Shown: in pieces, positions 57,422 through 64,000 of the stretch
Numbering within the stretch: position 1 is the stretch's first letter
Layout of the letters: every line of letters begins with the position of its first letter
From: a bacterium
GTDB lineage: Bacteria > SAR324 > XYD2-FULL-50-16
Assembly (NCBI GenBank): GCA_032250835.1
Contig: JAVVEA010000009.1
Location: forward strand, 64,001 to 128,000
Length of the DNA: 64,000 nucleotides
Direction: 5' to 3'
The notes under the pieces: generated by a model
What the model was told of the DNA's origin: nothing
Databases searched by the model: none
The model's input: only the letters and a program-made list of their open reading frames with translations
Translations under genes and position numbers: made by a program

Positions 57422-57856
57422 TTACAAACCGATCAATGAGGTTCGCTGCGTTTGTTTGTATTCAACTTCTTGATAAACCACCCGGTCGTCCGTTGCGATA
57501 GTCAGTTCCTCAGCGGGGGTCAAAGGACTCCACTGCAGGTATTCCACCAAACGAAGGGTCAGGGTCGCTTGAAAATGCAAGGCGTCGCTTTCGGTCAAGA
57601 CTTGTTCAAATCCCTCTTCGGGGTGGCCAAATTGCTCGAACCAATCAAAGAGACTTAGACAGATTGCCGGGTAGATACGGGTCTTGTGTAGGTTCGAAAG
57701 GACCAACTGGGCTTGGTAGGATTGGTCCACCCAAATCGAGCTTCCTTGGGCTTGAAATCGGCGGGTGCTAGCGCCTAGCAGCAAGGCGGCGCAGTCGCCA
57801 GCAGTCAGTGAGGTTTGGCTGGTCAAAAAGTCGATAAGCTGGGTCAAGCGCAACAT
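57422..57856 (-). CDS. Tail completion / terminator protein (P2 gpR-like)
   Basis: MLRLTQLIDFL...YQAQL...LFDWF...TLRLVE; first gene of the cluster, directly before the sheath. Confidence 0.6.
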   Translation of the reverse strand: MLRLTQLIDFLTSQTSLTAGDCAALLLGASTRRFQAQGSSIWVDQSYQAQLVLSNLHKTRIYPAICLSLFDWFEQFGHPEEGFEQVLTESDALHFQATLTLRLVEYLQWSPLTPAEELTIATDDRVVYQEVEYKQTQRTSLIGL

Positions 57857-58121
57857 AAACAACTCGTTAAAGGTTTTTGCTGAAGTTGCGCTCAGGCTAA
57901 ATCAATCTTTAGCGTTACATCAGGCGGAAAGGATTCCCAAAGATTGTATTGCAACGCGGATAGGGGAAAATAGGCGGACCCAGCGGCCCGCAATCCAGCT
58001 AATTTGACCGAAAGCGACCAATTACCCCATTCCATTGCTATCAGTTTTAGGGTATTCTCCGTAGCAACTATCCCAGCCTTTGCGGGAACTCTGCCTACTT
58101 AGCCCCTAAAGAGGCCAAAAA

Positions 58122-60170
58122 ATGCGTTGGATTTTGTTGGCGATTTGCTTCTTCGTTGCGCCCTGGGTCACCTTTGGGACCCCGGTTTTGCTCAACTCTT
58201 CGGCTTCTGCATACCCTTTGGGGTTGCGGCTACAAATATTAGAAGACCCAAAAGGTAATTTGGGATTCAAAGAGGTCCAAAGCCGCGTTGAGGCTTTTAA
58301 ACCCAGCGACCAAGCAACGCCGAACTTCGGTTTCACCAGTTCGGCCTATTGGGCTTATGTGGACCTCAGCAATCAGGACCCCGAGCGCAGTGAGTGGTTG
58401 TTGGAATTTGGTTATCCCCTGATCGACCGCCTCAGCCTTTACATTCCCAACCAACAAGGGGTTTATGTGGAGCGCAAGGCCGGGGACTTATTGCCCTTCG
58501 ATTCCAGGGAAGTCAAACACCATAACTTCTTGTTTCGATTCGACCTCGCCGAGGGACAAAGTAAACGCATTTTCTTGCGGGTTCAAAGTGCCAGTAGTCT
58601 ACAAATCCCGTTAACCCTTTGGGAGGCTTCAGAGTTTTCTGAGGTAGTCTACCGGCAGACCTATGAATTTGGGCTTTACTACGGCATCCTGCTGGCGATG
58701 ATGCTTTATAACCTGTTCATTTTCCTTTCGATCCGGGACCGAAACTACCTCTTTTACGTCTTGTTCATCGGTTTTTTTGTGGGGCTGCAAATGTCCTTAA
58801 ACGGCTTGGCCTACCAATATCTTTGGCCCCAGTCTCCTTTCTTGGCTAACAAGGGCATCCCCGTCTTTTTAGTCGCCGCTTTGCTCTTTTCTAGCCTCTT
58901 CACCAGAGGGTATTTGTTACTCAACCAACGCCACCAGCGACTCAACCGGATTATGGCTTGGTTTGAGGGGTTATTGTTGGTCGTGACCCTAGCCAATCTC
59001 TTTTTGGATTACCGTATCGCCATTAAGATTAGTACCTTGATGGCACTTCCTGCGATGGGTTTCATCCTGAGCGCCGGGGCCATCTCAGCGCGCAAGGGGT
59101 ACCGCCCGGCCTATTACTTTTTGTTGGCTTGGTCTGCCTTGATCGGTGGCGCTACGCTGATGGCTTTAAAATCCTTCGGCGTGCTCCCTTCCATGTTTTT
59201 GACTGATTATGGAATGCAGATCGGCGCGGCCATGGAGGTCTTGTTGCTGTCTTTAGGTCTCGCCGACAAGATCAACGTGATGCGTAAGGAAAAATATCTG
59301 GCCGAACGCGCAGCAGGCGAAGAGGCGAAGCGGCGGTTTGATGAATTACAAAAACTAGTGGCTGAGGTGGAAGCCAAGGCCTCCCAGGTGGCCCAGGCCT
59401 CCCAATCCCTTTCGAGCAGCACCGAACAAATTGCCCAAGGTGCCGGGCGTATGGCGGAGAATTTAAGCCAGGAACAAAAAGCCTTAGAAGCGACCAACCA
59501 AGCCATTGCCGAGATGGTCGAGCGTAATCAGGAAATCACCGCCCAGGTGAACCAGGGGTTTGAGGCCGCTCAAGGAGCTATGTCCAATGCGGAAGCCGGT
59601 AACGCGGCGATCATGCGGACCACGGAGTCGATGGCGCGGATCGAAGAGGCGAGCAAAAAGATTCAAGGGATCACCAAGGTGATCACCGGTATTGCCAGCC
59701 AAACCAACTTACTGAGCCTCAATGCGGCGATTGAGGCGGCCAAAGCCGGAGAATTTGGCAAGGGATTTTCGGTCGTCGCCCAAGAGGTGCGCGATCTGGC
59801 CGGGCGCAGCAACCAAGCAGTTTCGCAGATCAACCAACTGATCGAACAAAGCGTGGACCGCGTCAACGACGGGAATCAGGTGATCCAAGACACCAGCGAG
59901 CAATTACAGTCCATCATCACCCAAGTGGAGGCGCTCTCCAGCTTGACCCAAGAGATTCAAGCCGCCGTAGTCCAGCAGAACCAACGGATCGAGCAAATTG
60001 CCGGGGCCAATGTACAAATCGGCCAGGGCTCTCGTTCGAACGCTCAAGGGGCCCACGAATTTGTGGCCACTACGGCCGAAATTTCTTCTACCGCCCAAAG
60101 CCTCAATCAAGTGGCCGATGACCTGCGAGCCACCATGCAGCGCATTAAATTGGGCCAAGGTGCCGCCTAG
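58122..60170 (+). CDS. Methyl-accepting chemotaxis protein with 7TMR-DISM sensor
   Basis: [61 protein letters not shown]. Confidence 0.93.
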   Translation: MRWILLAICFFVAPWVTFGTPVLLNSSASAYPLGLRLQILEDPKGNLGFKEVQSRVEAFKPSDQATPNFGFTSSAYWAYVDLSNQDPERSEWLLEFGYPLIDRLSLYIPNQQGVYVERKAGDLLPFDSREVKHHNFLFRFDLAEGQSKRIFLRVQSASSLQIPLTLWEASEFSEVVYRQTYEFGLYYGILLAMMLYNLFIFLSIRDRNYLFYVLFIGFFVGLQMSLNGLAYQYLWPQSPFLANKGIPVFLVAALLFSSLFTRGYLLLNQRHQRLNRIMAWFEGLLLVVTLANLFLDYRIAIKISTLMALPAMGFILSAGAISARKGYRPAYYFLLAWSALIGGATLMALKSFGVLPSMFLTDYGMQIGAAMEVLLLSLGLADKINVMRKEKYLAERAAGEEAKRRFDELQKLVAEVEAKASQVAQASQSLSSSTEQIAQGAGRMAENLSQEQKALEATNQAIAEMVERNQEITAQVNQGFEAAQGAMSNAEAGNAAIMRTTESMARIEEASKKIQGITKVITGIASQTNLLSLNAAIEAAKAGEFGKGFSVVAQEVRDLAGRSNQAVSQINQLIEQSVDRVNDGNQVIQDTSEQLQSIITQVEALSSLTQEIQAAVVQQNQRIEQIAGANVQIGQGSRSNAQGAHEFVATTAEISSTAQSLNQVADDLRATMQRIKLGQGAA

Positions 60171-61187
60171 CGGACCCAGGTGATGTTCAAGGAGCCAAAG
60201 GTCACCGGGTCGCTCTGACCGTCAAACTCCTTGCTACGGATCATTTGAGACATCGAAATCCTAAGGCGGGGCCATTGGAACAAAAACCCTCGCTGTACGT
60301 CACCGACGATCATCTCACGATGGACCCGATGGCTTGAGTCAAAGGTATTGCCGTCTAAAAACAGGTTACGCCCCATGATTCGGCTCTCGTATCCCATAAA
60401 TACATACCAGCTAAAAGGGCCGCCCGGAGCAAAGTAGACCGTGCCGGGGAACCCGGGGCTGATGGTTGAAGGGGGGCCGAAGTCGGATCTCAGGTTGCCG
60501 CCGATGCGCAAGATCATCCCACCGCCGCCGTAGGTATACACATTGCCCAAGGCCATGCTGAAGTGAGGTGCCACTTCATAGTCCAGTCCTGTATTGCCCA
60601 ATTTTTCAAGAATCTGCCAACGGCGCACGTAGCCTAGCCCTAAAGTGGGCTCATTTTTTAGCTGGTACTGCCAACCCTGGGCGGGTTCATCATCGACCCA
60701 TTGATGGAAGGCCTTTTGGACCTTTTCTCCATGGGCGGCTGGTCCCACGACGCCTAAGGTAAGGGTTAGCCCGTTGGCCGAGCGCAGGACTTTTTCGTCT
60801 TCGAGCAAACTGACCAAGCTCACGGAGCCATAGATCCAACCAGCATAGGGCCGGTCATCACTTTCTAAAACATCAGACCAAGTGGCTTCGGGGGTGAAGA
60901 TTTTTTGACCCATTTGGTATAGGGCCACAGATTGCGGGGTTTCTTCAAAAAAGGGCACCCATGCCGCTATCGTCGAGAGATAGGCGGGCGTGGGGTGGCC
61001 CACTTCGAGCAGCGAAAACTCAGTGCCATGGGTGTAAAACCGGTCGCCCGAAAAGGCCAGAAAATCGTTTTCTACCTGGACGCTGTAAAAGCGCCAATGG
61101 GGAGGTTCGTCAGGTAGGTCCTCGGCCCAGCCTAATGAAGGGATACATAGGGTGAGCAACACCCAAACCGACCAGTTCTTGAGCATA
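60167..61187 (-). CDS. Lipid A deacylase LpxR family (DUF2219) outer membrane protein
   Basis: [42 protein letters not shown]. Confidence 0.9.
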
Positions 61188-61309
61188 GTCCAGACCAAAG
61201 GATTGTCTTGTTCCCTTCTAGACTGCCAAGCTCCCCGCTATGGGGCAAGCGGACTTACGCGGTCACTGGCCGAAAATTTTCGACCATCCCCATTCGGCTA
61301 TTCTAGGCT

Positions 61310-61984
61310 TTAAGGTAAGACCTCAATCGACTGAATGAAAGCTTGGGCCGTTCCCTGGGTGTCTCGGGTATCGATTTCAATGGCGATGCCCGTAATCGGT
61401 GGGACCTGGGCTTGGCCAAATTCCTTCTTAAACAAATCCGCAATGGGGACCTCGGTGACCACCAATTGGTTCAACTTAGGCGCACAGGGCAAACAGAAAT
61501 ACCGGCCACCCTTCTTGTAATAATTACCTACATAGGCCTTATTCTCCTGTTCCTTTTCGCCCAGAAAGAAGCTGATAAAGTAAGGAACATTGGGGATCGC
61601 AAAGCTGCCGCTGTCGATTTTTTTGTCACCGAAAGAAAAGACCACCGAGACGGCCTCACGCAACACCCCCTTTTCCCAGTCCGCCCCCTTGGGGAATTGG
61701 TTCACGCCCCACTTGATCCGGATCTTCTGGGCATTTTTAAGGTTCAGCTCTTTGCTGAACAGGCCCAAAGTGGGCCCTTTAGTGCTAAAGACCAGCTGGC
61801 CTTCTTTAAACTCTGTTTGGATTTCGTCTGCGTCGCGCTGGAGGTCAAAACCATTGGATTTAATCCAGGCCGAAGCCGACCCGGACTGCTGGTTAAAATC
61901 AGCCTGCCAGAGCGGCTCGGCTCGTAACGGGGCAGGTAGCAGCCCAACCAACGCCAAAGTTAGCACGGCGAGGAAAACACGCAT
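61310..61984 (-). CDS. Secreted hypothetical beta-sandwich protein (DUF3047-like)
   Basis: Signal peptide; FPKGADWE, DLFKKEFG..PPITGIAIEIDTRDT..AFI. Confidence 0.55.
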   Translation of the reverse strand: MRVFLAVLTLALVGLLPAPLRAEPLWQADFNQQSGSASAWIKSNGFDLQRDADEIQTEFKEGQLVFSTKGPTLGLFSKELNLKNAQKIRIKWGVNQFPKGADWEKGVLREAVSVVFSFGDKKIDSGSFAIPNVPYFISFFLGEKEQENKAYVGNYYKKGGRYFCLPCAPKLNQLVVTEVPIADLFKKEFGQAQVPPITGIAIEIDTRDTQGTAQAFIQSIEVLP

Positions 61985-62169
61985 GGGAATCTCCAGAGTA
62001 AGTTTAAACGGCGGCGGTCTGGTTGACAACCAACCCTTTGGGGTAGTTTTTAGCCCCCTCACTAATATTGATCTAACGAAACAATTTGTCTAGCCTGCGA
62101 GAACTTTCTGTTGGATATAAATTATTTATATAGTATTATACATATAATTCAACCTTCCCCAGGAGCCCT

Positions 62170-62556
62170 ATGTTTAACCCCATCCAAATCCCGGCCGATG
62201 CCGTTATGTTGTTTAACATCGTCAAGCTCAAGCCCGGCGTTACGCTCGAAGACGTAGAATTAGAGATTGGCGAAATGTGTAATGTCGTCAAGTCCACCTA
62301 TGGTAATGACCAAGGCGGCTTCATTGCCGGTCAGGTCTTCAAATTTTCGGGTTTTATCTCTAAAGAAGGGTCCATGAATGCCGACGAGGCCGCAGACGCG
62401 CATTATGCCATCGTCACCTATTGGAAATCCTTTGATCAACACGAACATTCCCATGCAGACCAGACTTTTTTAGACAAATTTAATGCGGTCCTAGCCCATT
62501 GCACCGAAGCCAAAGAGCTAGGATACGAGCTTTTGTGGCAGGGTTCCCCAGAATAA
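62170..62556 (+). CDS. Conserved hypothetical protein, probable dimeric alpha+beta barrel (ABM-like)
   Basis: AGGAG RBS; VKLKPGV, GFIAGQVF, IVTYWKSFDQHEHSH. Confidence 0.65.
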   Translation: MFNPIQIPADAVMLFNIVKLKPGVTLEDVELEIGEMCNVVKSTYGNDQGGFIAGQVFKFSGFISKEGSMNADEAADAHYAIVTYWKSFDQHEHSHADQTFLDKFNAVLAHCTEAKELGYELLWQGSPE

Positions 62557-62662
62557 AAAGCAAGTTGCAGCCTGCTATGGATTTTAACGCGCCGCGCTGC
62601 TACCTTGGATTTGCAGACCGCATGAGGAGCGGTTATTAGGCAAAAAATTTTAGGGGGGCTAA

Positions 62663-64000
62663 ATGAAGGGGCGCGTTATCTTTACCCTGGTCTTGCCGCT
62701 ATTGGTGGGCATTTCCTCGTTGGGTATCTTTTTGATCGAAGGGGAGCCGGAAAGTCCCTTTGCATCGCTGTTTAACAGCCTATGGTGGACGGTGGTGACC
62801 TTCACCACCGTAGGCTACGGAGATATGTCCCCGGTGACGGTGCCGGGGCGTACCTTTGGCCTGTTCATCTTGGCTACCGGGGTTTTGATCAACTCGATCA
62901 TCATCTCGATGATCTCCAACTGGTTTTTTGCCCTCAAGTCCAGCCGTTCGGCGGGCCTAAAGCCCGTTAGCGCCAACGAGCATATTCTGATCTGCTCGGA
63001 CAGCCCCGTCTTTATCCAATCGCTGCTCGACGAAAACCACCGTTTTGTTAAAGAAGGGCGGGCGGTGATCATCAGTCCCCTGACCCAACACCCCCTCTTG
63101 GGTACGAGCTATGAAAAAATCCCCTGGGTCCATGGGGATGCCTACCGCGTGGGGATTTTAAAAAAGGCCTCGGCTCCGCTGGCCGAAATCGCCTACGTTG
63201 CCTTCAAAGATGACGCCGATACGGTGATGACCGTCATGCAGCTAGAGGTCTTAAGCCCCGGCGGGCGGATCAAGACCATGGCGCAATACCAGATCCGCGA
63301 TTATCAGGCCCACCTAATGAATGTGGGTTGTGACTATGCCATCAAAACTTACGATGTATACGTGCCCTTGATGGTGCAAGCCTGCATCTCACAAGGAGCC
63401 CCGGTTTGGGTTCGTGATGTGATTTTGCGGCTCACCGGCATGCCTAGCCTCAAGCGCAAAGGACCCTTGGGCGAAGGGAAAGAAACCACTTGGCTACAGC
63501 ACCTAATAGATTCAAAGCGGCAACTAGGTGAAACCCCTTTGGGTTTGATCGACACCAGCGGCCAATTGTTAGTCAATCCTCCGGCCAACCGGCTGTTGTT
63601 AGCGTCGGACTTGGTCTTGACTATGGTCCCGCCTAAACCCGGCGACTTGGGTGACCACGAGCAACAGGCCATCCCGATCCAGGGATTTGAATCGATCAAA
63701 AAAGAAGGGCACATCATCATCTGCTCGGACAACGCGCCCTTTATTGACCGGGTCTTAAGTGAGTTGGAATTAGCCGGTATCTTTAGTGAGATCATTGTAT
63801 TATCTCCGCTCAAAGCCTTTCCAGATAAAGTCCATGTACCAGAACTCACCTGGGTCCAGGCCTCCTCTTTCTCCGATTTCGGCATCGGACACACCCACCC
63901 GACCAAAGCCCGCATCGCCTTTATTGACCACCAACGCGACAGCCATACCCTGATGGCCGTTTTGCGGCTCGAAAGCCTGACCAATGGAGACATCTTTACA
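62663..64000 (+). CDS. Potassium channel (2TM pore + tandem RCK domains); runs off the window end
   Basis: Not in the ORF track. From ATG 62663: MKGRVIF...SLWWTVVTFTTVGYGDMSPVTVPGR selectivity filter; HILICSDS and HIIICSDN start two RCK domains. Confidence 0.92.
   Translation, partial: MKGRVIFTLVLPLLVGISSLGIFLIEGEPESPFASLFNSLWWTVVTFTTVGYGDMSPVTVPGRTFGLFILATGVLINSIIISMISNWFFALKSSRSAGLKPVSANEHILICSDSPVFIQSLLDENHRFVKEGRAVIISPLTQHPLLGTSYEKIPWVHGDAYRVGILKKASAPLAEIAYVAFKDDADTVMTVMQLEVLSPGGRIKTMAQYQIRDYQAHLMNVGCDYAIKTYDVYVPLMVQACISQGAPVWVRDVILRLTGMPSLKRKGPLGEGKETTWLQHLIDSKRQLGETPLGLIDTSGQLLVNPPANRLLLASDLVLTMVPPKPGDLGDHEQQAIPIQGFESIKKEGHIIICSDNAPFIDRVLSELELAGIFSEIIVLSPLKAFPDKVHVPELTWVQASSFSDFGIGHTHPTKARIAFIDHQRDSHTLMAVLRLESLTNGDIFT

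Larger units (their letters stand above)
48433..57856 (-). mobile_element. Head-less contractile phage-tail gene cluster (tailocin / contractile-injection-system candidate)
   Basis: About 14 co-oriented, tightly packed genes from tail completion to fibre chaperone; no head, packaging, integrase or lysis genes; host genes on both sides. Confidence 0.85.

Noticed and set aside
48433-57856. Intact prophage
   Set aside because: No capsid, portal, terminase, integrase, repressor or replication genes, and no att-like repeats or tRNA seen at the borders.
63349-63993. 214 aa minus-strand ORF, and many similar antisense ORFs in the track
   Set aside because: Shadow frames of longer motif-bearing genes on the opposite strand (here the K+ channel).
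1-64000. CRISPR array, rRNA, tRNA, IS transposase
   Set aside because: No regularly spaced repeats, RNA-gene signatures or transposase motifs were seen by eye.

Overview
A 64 kb bacterial chromosome segment of roughly mid-50s% GC by eye. The gene content looks deltaproteobacterial/SAR324-like, but that taxonomy is only an impression. It is dominated by signalling genes: a Ser/Thr kinase-AAA sensor, three histidine kinases, two MCPs, CheW and a solo LuxR. It also holds an RND efflux triad, a low-GC islet with a higBA toxin-antitoxin pair, a complete seven-gene GAK system (ATP-grasp, amphi-Trp, HprK-related kinase, CofD-like, PhoU-kinase) and a circularly permuted ATP-grasp/alpha-E pair. The standout is a ~9.4 kb stand-alone contractile phage-tail operon (48433-57856, minus strand). 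It encodes sheath, tube, a chaperone with an intact -1 frameshift site, an atypical Pro-rich tape-measure-position gene, baseplate and fibre. It has no capsid, terminase, integrase, lysis, regulator or AAA-ATPase genes, so it is a candidate minimal tailocin/injection system. A second notable item is a ~1000 aa protein that appears to fuse a periplasmic ligand-binding domain, a pentameric ligand-gated-channel-like extracellular domain and an MscS channel. No rRNA, tRNA, CRISPR array or transposase was seen. All family calls come from motif recognition by eye and need HMM or structure confirmation.
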